A DNA stretch of 64,000 nt from the NCBI GenBank assembly GCA_964596395.1, contig CAZQSY010000001.1, forward strand, positions 108,091 through 172,090, written 5' to 3'. The notes under the pieces were generated by a model. It worked only from the letters and a program-made list of their open reading frames with translations, had not been told where the DNA came from and did no database searches. The position numbers and the translations under genes are program-made. Source of the stretch: an uncultured Candidatus Saccharibacteria bacterium (GTDB taxonomy: Bacteria > Patescibacteriota > Minisyncoccia > Phycocordibacterales > UBA9973). This document shows, piece after piece, positions 48,101 to 56,936 of this stretch (position 1 is its first letter; each line of letters opens with the position of its first letter).

Positions 48101-51100
48101 AAATAACAGCGGTGTAAGTCCTGGCGACACCGGTGGTGGCGGCTGAAGGGCTCGCAAGGCCAGCAGTCAAGTCGGGTAAGGGTTTGTCTTCGGAACAAGA
48201 GGCGCTGCTCCCGCCGTTTGAACCCGCGCAGGTCCATGTCCAGGCGGTTGCTCCGTTCACGTTGCTGGTACTGGTACCCGAAGAACAATTGTAGTGAGCG
48301 GGGGCGCAGGAGCCATTGACCGGAGACACGACGGATGAGAATGAAGCTGTTACGGTACAGTTTGAATTTATTGAACCGGTCGTATAAGTGTAGTTCGGAG
48401 CAGTACCCGAAAGCGAGCCGCTGCAGCCAGAGGCGGAAGCGGTGTAGCCGGAGTTTGAAGTCACGGTGAAGGTAGTGGTAGTACCCGCGTTAACCACTAC
48501 CGAACTCGGGGTTATATTCCCATTCGGAGAACCGTTATCTGTGGCTGTCACGGTATAAGTCACAGCAGTTGTCCCACAAACACTTCCGTTCCAAGTGGTA
48601 CCAGCAGAACAAGAAGTCGTGGCCGTAGCAGAATCCAACTCTTGCCCGTTGTTGTATAGATAGAAAGTTCTTGAGCCGTAGTGTACCGAATATGTCGCCG
48701 AACCAGAGTTTCCCGAGCCCACAGTTATATTTGTCGGAGTGGTTACCGCCGAAGTTGAAACCGGATTGGTCGTACTCCAGCTTATGCTTGAACTACAACT
48801 ACTTTGTCCGGATGGAATCGTGCAATTCGAAGCGCTGATTGTTCCAGACATACCGCCGGCCGAAGCCGCAAACGTTGCCGTCACGCTTTTAGCCGAGTTC
48901 ATGGTGAAACTGCAAGTTCCGGTGCCGGTACACGCGCCCGACCAGCCAGAGAATGTATAACCGGAAGAAGGAGCAGCGGTGAGAGAGACGCTAGTACCGC
49001 TGCTTACGTTTGCAGAACAAGTAGTGCCACAATTTATGCCGTTGCCGGTTACGGTGCCGCTGCCGGATTTAGTTACAGAAAGAATGTATGTTGTCGGACT
49101 AAACGTCGCCGTCACGCTTTTGTTTGCGTTCATAGTGAAACTGCAAGTTCCGGTGCCGGTGCAGGCACCCGACCAGCCAGAGAATGTATAACCAGAAGAA
49201 GGAGTAGCGGCGAGAGAAACGTTTGCTCCAGTTATGATATTAACCGTACAGGGGTAAGAACTGCAACCAGACAGAATGTTGCCAGCAGAACCAGACGCGG
49301 TACCGCTCAGAGTGCCGCTGCCGCTTTTGTTTACCGTAAGCGCGCTAGTTTGAACTGAATTGAAAGTAAACGTCACCGTGCAGTTTGTGGTTATGGCGTT
49401 CGTCGTGTAAGTGGTACCGTTTAATGTTCCCCCACAAGTGCCGCCGACCGAAGCGGTGTAGCCCGAGTTGGGGATAACATTAAAGGAAATAATCCCGCCG
49501 TGCGAAACATAATAATTATCCCCCGAAGAAGACCAAGTAGAAGTCTGTTGAGATACACTCCCATTCGCGCCAGCGGTAACCGTAACACTATGGAAAAAGA
49601 AAGCTATAAGCGAGCAATTTTGGGTGATGGGCTCGGTTGTGTAAATAACTGAACCGCTCCCCAGAACTTCGACCTGGCTACCACACCCTGAAACCGCACC
49701 TAGATAGCCGGAATTCGCCGTTACGGTGAAAGTAGTAGTCTGACCGGATTGCACAGTTCTGAATGAGGGAGTGATAGACCCACCGGAACCATCTACCGAG
49801 GCAGACACAGTATAGCTAGGTGTTGTTTGGCTAAACGTAGCTGAAACGGTACAATTCGCGGTTATCACATTTGTAGTGTAAGTAGTGCCACTTAAAGTTC
49901 CCCCGCAAGTACCACCCACCGAAGATATATATCCAGAATTCGGTGACACGGTGAAAGACATGGTATACCCGTAGGTTATTGATTGGGAAGTGCTCGGAGA
50001 AATTGAACCGCCGGAGCCAGCGCTCGGCGTCACCGTCAAGACCGCTTTGTTGAATGTCGCAGTAACACTCTTGTTTGAATTCATAACGAAACTGCATACA
50101 GAACTCGCTCCAGTGCAAGCGCCCGACCAGCCCGAGAAAGTAGAACCAGTTGAGGGTGTGGCAACCAAATCAATGAGATCATTTGGATAAAAACTCGCGG
50201 AACATGTGGTCCCACAGCTGATACCGCTCGGAGAAGAGGTAATTGTTCCTGAACCAGTACCAGCTTTACTTACGGTCAGAGTGTACGGGGCTAAGCTGAA
50301 CGTCGCCGTCACGCTTTTGTTTGAATTCATGGTGAAATTGCAGGTTCCTGTGCCAGTGCAGGCGCCCGACCAATTCGAGAATACATAGCCCGCAGACGGG
50401 CTCGCGGTGAGGGACACACTCGCACCGCTTGAAACATTAACTGTGCATGGGTATGAAGAGCAGCCGGAGAGAATGTTGCCGGCAGTGCCGGAGGCAGTGC
50501 CGGATATAGTGCCACTGCCGGTCTTGCTGACAGTGAGAGCGTAGTTCTGATAAGAAGTTGTAAAAGAAACATCAGAACCATAGCTTGTGCCCGCTCCGTT
50601 TGTGGCATACGCGCGCACATGATACGTAGTACCCTGAGAAAGACCGGTGATATAACTTATCCATGGACTGCTCGCGCTACTTGTTCCATCGGCAGTTTTG
50701 CCTAGATAAGAAGAAACCGTAGGATTTGAAGAAAGCCCCCACACTATTCCGCTTGCTGAAATGGGTGAGCCATTCACGGATGTGATTTGTCCCCCACTCT
50801 GTGCGGAAGTTGGAGATATGTTTGAAACGTTGCTGGTCGTAACTGTCGGCGCCTCGGCCGGGGTCACAAATGAGGAAGTGGAAGAGTACCCCGTGAGATA
50901 GGCCGAGTTGGTGGCATATCCCTTGAAATAATAAGTTGTGCCCGGATTTAGATTTGTCAAAGAAAGAGAAAAAGGGTTAGTGGAAGAACCAGACAAGCAG
51001 GTGTTTAAACTAGAAGAAGAAGTTCCGTAACAAAAACCTCTGCTGTTTATAGTAGAAGGACTACCGAAATTTGATATGGTGTCAGACAAAGTTACACTTC

Positions 51101-52007
51101 GCGAAGCCAGATTGGAATAAGAAGGGTTGGCGAGTGTGGGAGCGGTGTTGTTCTGCGCGTAGCTTATGCTCACCGTGCAGTTGCCGGTAACCGCACCTGT
51201 GGTATATGTATAGGAAGAACTTTGCGATGAAGTAGGGCTCCCGCTGCATCCCGAAGCCGAAGCGGTATAGCCTGATGCCGGAGCTATGACGAAAGAAGTG
51301 TTAGAACCATGCGTAACATTTTTAGAAACAGAGTTTGAGGTGGAACCGTCTATTGTGCCGTTTGCAGAGTTGTCTGTTGCCGTAACAACGTAAGAGTTCA
51401 GGGCAAACGTCGCCGTCACGCTTTTGGCCGAGTTCATGGTGAAACTGCATGTTCCGGTGCCGGTGCAAGCGCCCGACCAACCAGAGAATGTCGACCCGAA
51501 ACTCGGAGAAGCACTAAGGGTAACGCTGGTACCGCTAGAATAACTTGCGCTGCAGGTGGCCCCGCAGGAGATTCCCGCCGGAGTCGAAGTAATCGTACCT
51601 GCGCCCGTGCCTGCTTTGCCCACCGTTAAAGCATAGCTTGATGCCACAGTTACGGTCACCGACTTAGAGACATCGTACATTTCACCCTGAGCATTTACAC
51701 AATAAAGGGTGTAAGTAGCGGTGGACGAAGGAGAAACACTCTGACTTCCGATGATATGTGTTGTCGCGTCGGGGTAAATGATGCCGGAGAAGCCGCTGCC
51801 TCCGGTGCTGCTTTTATAACACTCCACGGCATCATAAACAATCCAACTTAAAGTGGAAGAGCCGCCGGGCTGTATAGTAGTCGGGGAAGCGGTAAAATCT
51901 ATGCTCGTCGCCGGTCCGACAGCTGAAACAATGTTTTGTTTTAAAGCCGCAAAAAACAAAAACGCGGCTAGAACCGAAGCGAGGGTGAGAAAAATTTTCT
52001 TGAACAT
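45162..52007 (-). CDS. Giant secreted surface protein (2281 aa): InlB-B-repeat (GW-SGAC-TG-C-FTMN-N-SVTATF) modules, Ig-like repeats, one thrombospondin type-1-like module
   Basis: Signal peptide MFKKIFLTLASVLAAFLFFAAL; at least 8 copies of the G(Y/S)(T/V)FSGWSGACTG(T/A)GTCxFTMNSNKSVTATF motif; DGGWSQWGACSATMCGESGVQTRTCTNPAPANGGADC at about 45775-45930; Ser/Thr/Gly-rich; first gene of the pilB-pilC-pilin operon; extended -10 TGTATAAT on the minus strand at about 52077-52090. Confidence 0.85.
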   Translation of the reverse strand: MFKKIFLTLASVLAAFLFFAALKQNIVSAVGPATSIDFTASPTTIQPGGSSTLSWIVYDAVECYKSSTGGSGFSGIIYPDATTHIIGSQSVSPSSTATYTLYCVNAQGEMYDVSKSVTVTVASSYALTVGKAGTGAGTITSTPAGISCGATCSASYSSGTSVTLSASPSFGSTFSGWSGACTGTGTCSFTMNSAKSVTATFALNSYVVTATDNSANGTIDGSTSNSVSKNVTHGSNTSFVIAPASGYTASASGCSGSPTSSQSSSYTYTTGAVTGNCTVSISYAQNNTAPTLANPSYSNLASRSVTLSDTISNFGSPSTINSRGFCYGTSSSSLNTCLSGSSTNPFSLSLTNLNPGTTYYFKGYATNSAYLTGYSSTSSFVTPAEAPTVTTSNVSNISPTSAQSGGQITSVNGSPISASGIVWGLSSNPTVSSYLGKTADGTSSASSPWISYITGLSQGTTYHVRAYATNGAGTSYGSDVSFTTSYQNYALTVSKTGSGTISGTASGTAGNILSGCSSYPCTVNVSSGASVSLTASPSAGYVFSNWSGACTGTGTCNFTMNSNKSVTATFSLAPYTLTVSKAGTGSGTITSSPSGISCGTTCSASFYPNDLIDLVATPSTGSTFSGWSGACTGASSVCSFVMNSNKSVTATFNKAVLTVTPSAGSGGSISPSTSQSITYGYTMSFTVSPNSGYISSVGGTCGGTLSGTTYTTNVITANCTVSATFSQTTPSYTVSASVDGSGGSITPSFRTVQSGQTTTFTVTANSGYLGAVSGCGSQVEVLGSGSVIYTTEPITQNCSLIAFFFHSVTVTAGANGSVSQQTSTWSSSGDNYYVSHGGIISFNVIPNSGYTASVGGTCGGTLNGTTYTTNAITTNCTVTFTFNSVQTSALTVNKSGSGTLSGTASGSAGNILSGCSSYPCTVNIITGANVSLAATPSSGYTFSGWSGACTGTGTCSFTMNANKSVTATFSPTTYILSVTKSGSGTVTGNGINCGTTCSANVSSGTSVSLTAAPSSGYTFSGWSGACTGTGTCSFTMNSAKSVTATFAASAGGMSGTISASNCTIPSGQSSCSSSISWSTTNPVSTSAVTTPTNITVGSGNSGSATYSVHYGSRTFYLYNNGQELDSATATTSCSAGTTWNGSVCGTTAVTYTVTATDNGSPNGNITPSSVVVNAGTTTTFTVTSNSGYTASASGCSGSLSGTAPNYTYTTGSINSNCTVTASFSSVVSPVNGSCAPAHYNCSSGTSTSNVNGATAWTWTCAGSNGGSSASCSEDKPLPDLTAGLASPSAATTGVARTYTAVISNGGNASTGASFSYFFQTCNTGGGCGTPADRTPSGTMPAVTAGGMDTATSPSITFSPAGTYSIRVCADKTSSSNAGTITESNESNNCGPWKNITVASNTYTVTPSAGAGGSISPNTAQTVASGDNTSFTVTPNTGYTASVGGTCGGSLAGNIYTTNSITANCTVSATFSQNSYTVTSSGSGAGGSITPSTRTVNHGLTTTFTVTPTAGYTASASGCNGSLSGTTYTTGAITSGCNVSASFSLNSYTVGTSVSGGVGGTITPSSRNVNYNSTGSFTISPNSGYEINTVTGCGGSLAGSIYTTGPVTSACTVTASFSAIAGQMSGNVSSTDCTIPIGSSACNSSISWSVNNPASYSQVTTPPQIVVADSRNNTSPLNYQISDGTKTFYLYNNGVLLDQSSATATCASGSDWVSGQCRAKPTIAVTQALNGTISPAGTTSVIYGTNSTTLTLTPSNGYVVASHIVNGTPTTTSATSYTFTNITSNQTFSATFAASGNTPPTVASPTSSDISLDGSTYKATLGATVTSAGIPATITARGTCLGTAPNPSSNCSAEGGISVNVAYSHVRTGLSGGTVYYYRGYATNSAGLTGYSPDATFATPGASLPELTASSSSPTEVNANEAVTFSATISNSGTAATPTSFPNFFQVASSTGGFGTIESLNATLMPALSAGGNNTTFSPSYTFIAPGTYSVRACADNDPTFTGVVTESNENNNCGAWVDVTVTSDPVDGGWSQWGACSATMCGESGVQTRTCTNPAPANGGADCVGSPTQSCQAPACGEAPTGSLTPLDSPCEILSGNSSCDVHFDWTTINPAGDSAITSNYPEAKTTVMAGNFGNNVGLPVPYDSSPRTFFLYNDGIELARATAFADCASATFWNGSICTDTVASPNANLSLSADSKNPISSGEPFTLEWTSTNTTSCSNIIYEGGAITTGGDTEGSVLVSPGPSRSTKYSITCTGPGGQAPDELWVYVSTGGKKPVFIEN

Positions 52008-52162
52008 ATTTATATAATATTAGCTTTTAAACACGTAAAAATGGGATTTTATTTTTTTGAACACACGACAATCCTAATATTATACAATATAAAGAAACCG
52101 ATACCGTGTATCTTTTTAGAAAAACATGTTAATAACTTTAATTAATTAGAACTACCCTAAAT

Positions 52163-52191
52163 TTGCACCTAAAGACGCGCTGTGGTATCAT
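52163..52191 (+). promoter_or_regulatory. Sigma70-like promoter for nusA (TTGCAC-17 nt-TATCAT, TG-extended)
   Basis: ttgcac 52163-52168, tatcat 52186-52191 preceded by tgtgg. Confidence 0.45.
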
Positions 52192-52248
52192 GCGGGAATA
52201 CAAGTCCTGTCTCAAGCGGGGCTTTTTTATTTAAATAAACAAACAATT

Positions 52249-53418
52249 ATGCTAGACATCAAGACATTAAGGTCAGCCCTGGAACAGCTAGAAGAAGAAA
52301 AAAAGATTCCGAAAGAAAAAATTCTGGAAGCCATCGAGCAAGCCATGGCCGCCGCCTACAAAAAGGATTACGGCAAGAAGGGGCAGATTATCCGCGCCAA
52401 GTTTGACTTGGAAACCGGCAAGACGGATTTCTACCAGGTGAAAATTGTAGTGGACGAAACAATCATCCGCTTTGAAGACGAACCGATTGACGAGAACGAC
52501 GAGCGGGCGCGCTTCAACGAAGAGCATCACATCATGCTCGAGGACGCGCGCAAAATAAAAAAGAACGTCGAATTAAACGATGAAATAATTTTCCCGCTCG
52601 AAGCTAAAGACGATTACGGACGCATCGCGGCCCAAACCGCCAAACAGGTAATTATCCAAAGAATCCGCGAGGCCGAGAGAAGCTCAATCATGGATGAATA
52701 CGGCACTCGCGAAGGAGAAGTGGTGAGCGGCATCGTGCAAAAAATAGAAAGGGGAAATGTTTACGTCGATTTCAGTCGGGCGACCGGCGTTTTGCCGGCC
52801 GAAGAGCAGATTCCAGGAGAATTTTTTCAGCGGGGGCAAAGAATCCGGGCTTACCTGTATTCGGTAGAAGACACTCCGCGGGGAATCAACTTGCGCCTGT
52901 CCCGCACGCATCCCAAATTTTTGGAGAAGCTTTTTGCCGTGGAAGCTCCAGAGGTAGAGAATGGCGTGGTAGAAATAAAATCAGTGGCCCGGGAAGCCGG
53001 TGCCCGCTCAAAAATCGCCGTTTTCTCGAACGACGAACATATTGACCCGGTCGGTTCCTGCGTCGGCCCGAAGGGCACGCGGGTAAACACCATCACCTCG
53101 GAACTGGCGGGAGAAAAAATCGACATCATTCCGTGGTCTGCCGACCCGAAGACATTCGTCTCTAATTCTCTGTCTCCAGCCAAAGTAATCTCCGTCGAGA
53201 TTGAAGAAAGCGAACACAAAGCCGTGGTAGAGGTGACCGAAGACCAGTTGTCGCTCGCCATCGGAAAAGGCGGACAAAACGTGCGCCTGGCGGCCAAACT
53301 CACCGGATGGAAAATAGACATCAAGGGTGACGAGAAGGAAAAGCCGGAAGAAGCGAAAGAAGAAGATGGGGATGCCTTAGACCAGTCCGCGCCGGAAGAA
53401 AAGAGCGACGAGGAGTAA
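52249..53418 (+). CDS. nusA: Transcription termination/antitermination factor NusA
   Basis: N-terminal RNAP-binding domain, S1 domain, two KH domains (LAIGKGGQNVRLAAKLTGWKIDI), acidic C-terminal tail. Confidence 0.9.
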   Translation: MLDIKTLRSALEQLEEEKKIPKEKILEAIEQAMAAAYKKDYGKKGQIIRAKFDLETGKTDFYQVKIVVDETIIRFEDEPIDENDERARFNEEHHIMLEDARKIKKNVELNDEIIFPLEAKDDYGRIAAQTAKQVIIQRIREAERSSIMDEYGTREGEVVSGIVQKIERGNVYVDFSRATGVLPAEEQIPGEFFQRGQRIRAYLYSVEDTPRGINLRLSRTHPKFLEKLFAVEAPEVENGVVEIKSVAREAGARSKIAVFSNDEHIDPVGSCVGPKGTRVNTITSELAGEKIDIIPWSADPKTFVSNSLSPAKVISVEIEESEHKAVVEVTEDQLSLAIGKGGQNVRLAAKLTGWKIDIKGDEKEKPEEAKEEDGDALDQSAPEEKSDEE

Positions 53419-53498
53419 GAGGCGGTAAATTAAATTTTTTTGTTAATATTAAAAGCATTACAAATTAATTTTTTTCGTAAAGAAAAAAGAATAAAATC

Positions 53499-55499
53499 AT
53501 GAATTCGTATCTTTTGTTTGCGATTGTCTGTTCTTTGGTTGGCATCTTTTACGGGCTTTTCCTTGCCCGGACGATTCTCCGGAAAAGTCCCGGCAATGAA
53601 AAAATGCAGTCCATCGCGAATGCGATTGCCGAAGGAGCGAAAGCGTACCTGAACAGGCAATACAAAACCATCGGCGCCATTGCCGTCATTTTGTTTTTCG
53701 TGCTTTGGTTCGGTTTGGGTATTTATTCAGCGGTAGGATTCATCGTCGGCGCGTTTTTGTCTGCTCTGGCCGGCTACGTCGGCATGAACGTTTCCGTGCG
53801 GGCGAATGTGCGCACAACTGAAGCGGCCAAAGAAGGGTTGAGCAAAGCCCTGGGTCTCGCTTTCAGAGGAGGCACGGTTACCGGCCTCTTGGTAGTAGGA
53901 CTGGCTCTATTGGGAGTAGCGGTAATTTACCTCGCTACCGGCGACATGAAAGCGCTGGTCGGCTTGGGCTTCGGCGCTTCGCTTATTTCCGTTTTCGCCC
54001 GGCTTGGCGGAGGAATTTTCACCAAAGCGGCCGATGTGGGCGCCGACTTGGTCGGAAAAGTTGAAGCCGGCATTCCAGAAGACGACCCGAGAAATCCGGC
54101 TGTTATCGCGGATAATGTCGGCGATAATGTCGGCGACTGCGCGGGTATGGCGGCCGATTTGTTCGAGACATACACAGTCACTTCAGTCGCTACTATGCTT
54201 TTGGGTTCGCTTCTTTTCACAAATTTTGAAAACGCGCTTCTGTATCCGCTCGCTATCGGCGGGGCGGCGATTCTTTGTTCAATCATCGGAACCTGGTTCG
54301 TAAAACTCGGAAAAAACAAAAACATCATGGGCGCCCTTTACAAGGGGCTGATTGCCTCGGGAGTTTTGGCCGCGGCCTCTTTCTATCCGCTCACCAAAAT
54401 GCTGATGAGTGAAAATCCCGGAAACTACACAGTGGGGGGGCTTTTCGCGAGCGCAATCACGGGACTAGTAGTGACGGGATTGCTCGTCGTGATTACCGAA
54501 TATTTCACTTCTACTCAATACTCGCCGGTCAAATCCATTGCCGAGGCCTCTATCTCGGGACACGGTACGAATGTGATTCAGGGCCTGGCCGTCTCGATGA
54601 AATCAACAGCCCTTCCCCTCTTAACAATTATCATGGGAATTTTGGTTACTTACCATTTCGGCGGACTTTACGGCATAGCGGTAGCAGCCATGGCCATGCT
54701 TTCAATGACCGGGATAATCGTGGCGATTGACGCTTACGGCCCGATTACCGACAACGCCGGCGGAATCGCCGAGATGGCCGAACTTCCTGATTCGGTTCGC
54801 GATGTCACCGACCCGCTCGATGCCGTGGGTAATACTACTAAAGCGGTTACCAAGGGCTACGCTATCGGTTCGGCCGGGCTCGCAGCGCTGGTGCTTTTCT
54901 CGGCTTACACCGAAGAAATCAAGGTGGTGGCCGGCGAAGTTATGAAATTTGATTTAAGTGACCCGAAGGTAATCGTGGGTCTTTTCATCGGCGGACTTTT
55001 GCCTTATTACTTCGGCGCTTTGTGCATGGAAGCGGTGGGAAAAACCGCCGGCAAGGTTGTCGAAGAAGTGCGCCGACAGTTCAGAGAAATCAAAGGAATT
55101 ATGGAAGGCAAAGCCAAGCCCGAATACGGCAAATGCGTAGACATAGTTACAGGAAGCGCAATTAAGCAAATGATCGTTCCAGCTCTTATCCCCGTGCTTG
55201 CCCCGCTCTTGGTAGGATTCCTCTTAGGGCCGGTGGCGCTCGGCGGACTTTTGGTCGGCTCGATCATCACCGGGCTCTTTGTCGCAATTTCAATGACCTC
55301 CGGCGGTGGCGCTTGGGATAACGCCAAAAAACACATTGAAAAAGGACATCACGGGGGCAAGGGCTCGGACGCACACAAAGCGGCCGTCACCGGCGACACT
55401 GTGGGCGACCCATACAAAGATACCGCCGGCCCGGCCATTAACCCGATGATAAAAATACTAAACATCGTGGCACTCCTCATCGTCGGGCTTTTGTTCTAG
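53499..55499 (+). CDS. hppA: Membrane-bound proton/sodium-translocating pyrophosphatase
   Basis: About 16 TM helices; [20 protein letters not shown] and [19 protein letters not shown] signatures of H+-PPases. Confidence 0.9.
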   Translation: MNSYLLFAIVCSLVGIFYGLFLARTILRKSPGNEKMQSIANAIAEGAKAYLNRQYKTIGAIAVILFFVLWFGLGIYSAVGFIVGAFLSALAGYVGMNVSVRANVRTTEAAKEGLSKALGLAFRGGTVTGLLVVGLALLGVAVIYLATGDMKALVGLGFGASLISVFARLGGGIFTKAADVGADLVGKVEAGIPEDDPRNPAVIADNVGDNVGDCAGMAADLFETYTVTSVATMLLGSLLFTNFENALLYPLAIGGAAILCSIIGTWFVKLGKNKNIMGALYKGLIASGVLAAASFYPLTKMLMSENPGNYTVGGLFASAITGLVVTGLLVVITEYFTSTQYSPVKSIAEASISGHGTNVIQGLAVSMKSTALPLLTIIMGILVTYHFGGLYGIAVAAMAMLSMTGIIVAIDAYGPITDNAGGIAEMAELPDSVRDVTDPLDAVGNTTKAVTKGYAIGSAGLAALVLFSAYTEEIKVVAGEVMKFDLSDPKVIVGLFIGGLLPYYFGALCMEAVGKTAGKVVEEVRRQFREIKGIMEGKAKPEYGKCVDIVTGSAIKQMIVPALIPVLAPLLVGFLLGPVALGGLLVGSIITGLFVAISMTSGGGAWDNAKKHIEKGHHGGKGSDAHKAAVTGDTVGDPYKDTAGPAINPMIKILNIVALLIVGLLF

Positions 55500-55580
55500 T
55501 GTTCTCTGAAGTTAAATGGTAAAATTATTAGGTCTTCAAAGTAAGGCAAAATTTATCATTTAACTAAAAAAATAATTGTC

Positions 55581-56384
55581 ATGAAAAAATATTTAGGTTT
55601 GTTTTTGGGAGGCGCGCTTCTTCTAACTGGAGCCGTAGCCCTAGCAGAATCAGAAAACTCCGGCTCTGGTTCGCTTAATGCAGGTATGGGGCTCCGCCTC
55701 GGCGTGCCGGTCGAGGTGAAAGCGCGGCAGGACGCCATTAAAGCCAAAATTGAAGAGATGCGGCAGGAGCGCCAAGAAATGATGGCCGAGCTTGGCGAAA
55801 AAAGAGAAGAGAACAAGAAAGAGCTTTTGGAAATGCGGGAAGAAGTGAAAGCCGAACGCGAAGCTATAAAAGCTGAACTCGAAACAGATCGCGAAGCGGT
55901 AAAGGCAAAGTTCGAGGCCCTGAAGGAAAAGGTAAAGACTGAAAGAGACGCGGCCAAAGCGAAAATTTTAGAGGTGCGGCTCTCTGGCCGCGAGAAGGCC
56001 CTGCAGATTTTTGATTTGGTGGTAGAAAAACTCGGCGCTTTGAAAGACAGAGTAAATGCGCATATAGAAAAACTTGATGCGAAAGGAGTCGATGTTTCAG
56101 CCGCCGAGGAATTCGTGGCCGTCGCAGAAGTGAAGCTGGATGAAGCAAAGGTGAAAATAACCGAAGTGAACACACTCTTGGCCGATTCAGAGGAAGAACT
56201 ATCGGTCGAAGAGAAAACAAAACTCAGAACATTGCGTACCGAAGCGCAGACGCTCGTGCGCGAAGCGCATCAGGCGCTGAAGGATGCGATTAAATCACTA
56301 CGCGAGAGCGTACGGGTAAAGATAGAAGCCCAGGCAAAAGTTGAGGCCGAAAACGAGACAGAAACCGAAAGCGAAAGCGAATAG
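55581..56384 (+). CDS. Secreted Lys/Glu-rich coiled-coil protein
   Basis: Signal peptide MKKYLGLFLGGALLLTGAVALA, then heptad-like KE-rich sequence ending ETETESESE; the antisense ORF 55556..56173 is a codon-mirror artefact. Confidence 0.55.
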   Translation: MKKYLGLFLGGALLLTGAVALAESENSGSGSLNAGMGLRLGVPVEVKARQDAIKAKIEEMRQERQEMMAELGEKREENKKELLEMREEVKAEREAIKAELETDREAVKAKFEALKEKVKTERDAAKAKILEVRLSGREKALQIFDLVVEKLGALKDRVNAHIEKLDAKGVDVSAAEEFVAVAEVKLDEAKVKITEVNTLLADSEEELSVEEKTKLRTLRTEAQTLVREAHQALKDAIKSLRESVRVKIEAQAKVEAENETETESESE

Positions 56385-56424
56385 GTACAGGGTAAACTTT
56401 TATAAAATCTAAAAATAAAAAAAC

Positions 56425-56655
56425 ATGGAACCAGAAAAAAAATCCAACGGCGCGCTTATCGGGGTGATAGTCATAATCCTCATCCTCGTGCTCGGCGGCA
56501 TATATATATGGCAGTCCAAGGTGGCCAAGGCGCCAAGCGACACTCTCACCGAGGAACCCACGACCGAGGACTCAAACGAGCTTCAGAACCTGGAACAGGA
56601 ACTCAACACCACCGATGTTGAAATCGGGGCCAGCGTAATAGAGAGCGTGCAGTAA
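56425..56655 (+). CDS. Small single-pass membrane protein
   Basis: 76 aa, TM helix LIGVIVIILILVLGGIYIW, acidic C-terminal tail; followed by a strong terminator. Confidence 0.4.
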   Translation: MEPEKKSNGALIGVIVIILILVLGGIYIWQSKVAKAPSDTLTEEPTTEDSNELQNLEQELNTTDVEIGASVIESVQ

Positions 56656-56670
56656 AAAATACCAGAATAC

Positions 56671-56703
56671 AAAATCCCCCGCTTAAGGCGGGGGATTTTG
56701 TAT
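56671..56703 (+). terminator. Rho-independent terminator aaatcccccgc-ttaag-gcgggggattt + U-run
   Basis: 11-bp perfect stem, 5-nt loop, then tgtattt. Confidence 0.7.
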
Positions 56704-56735
56704 TTAGACGAAACTCGTTGAGGCATAGCTTAAAA

Positions 56736-56862
56736 AGGGGGTTTGCCGAGCCCTGCCTGCCGGCAGGCAGGGACGGCGAGGCAACTTCAGGAATTTTTAA
56801 GCCTGCCCGCAATGCTTTCAGCATAGCTGATGCAGGCGGGCTTCAAAAATTCCGTACCCTTT
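56736..56862. repeat. Composite GC-rich palindromic module: the 31636-31712 scaffold carrying two nested palindromic inserts
   Basis: gggggtttgccgagc-[ccctgcctgccggcaggcaggg]-acggcgaggcaacttcaggaatttttaagc-[ctgcccgcaatgctttcagcatagctgatgcaggcggg]-cttcaaaaattccgtacc; insert 1 recurs at 62413-62434, insert 2 at 63463-63500. Confidence 0.5.
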
Positions 56863-56936
56863 TTAAGCTATGCCGATGAAGAGTTTCGTAGATTAAGATT
56901 TTTGACAAAAAACAGTGATAAATATAGTATGGGCTT

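Noticed and set aside
45361-50388. Many plus-strand ORFs (60-281 aa) inside the giant protein gene, some repeating FMVKLQVPVPVQAPDQPENV
   Set aside because: They are antisense reflections of the repetitive InlB-B modules. The repetition is explained by the sense-strand tandem modules; this is not a CRISPR array, since there are no uniform unique spacers and the region is continuous coding sequence.
52192-52248. Possible attenuator hairpin in the nusA leader (gcggggcttttttattt)
   Set aside because: The U-run is preceded by ggggc, but no convincing complementary 5' arm was found, so it is left as an uncertain leader.
55556-56220. 205-aa and 118-aa minus-strand ORFs antisense to the KE-rich coiled-coil gene
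   Set aside because: This is a codon-mirror artefact: a Ser/Ala/Phe-rich low-complexity product opposite a GAA/AAG-rich sense strand that has a signal peptide.
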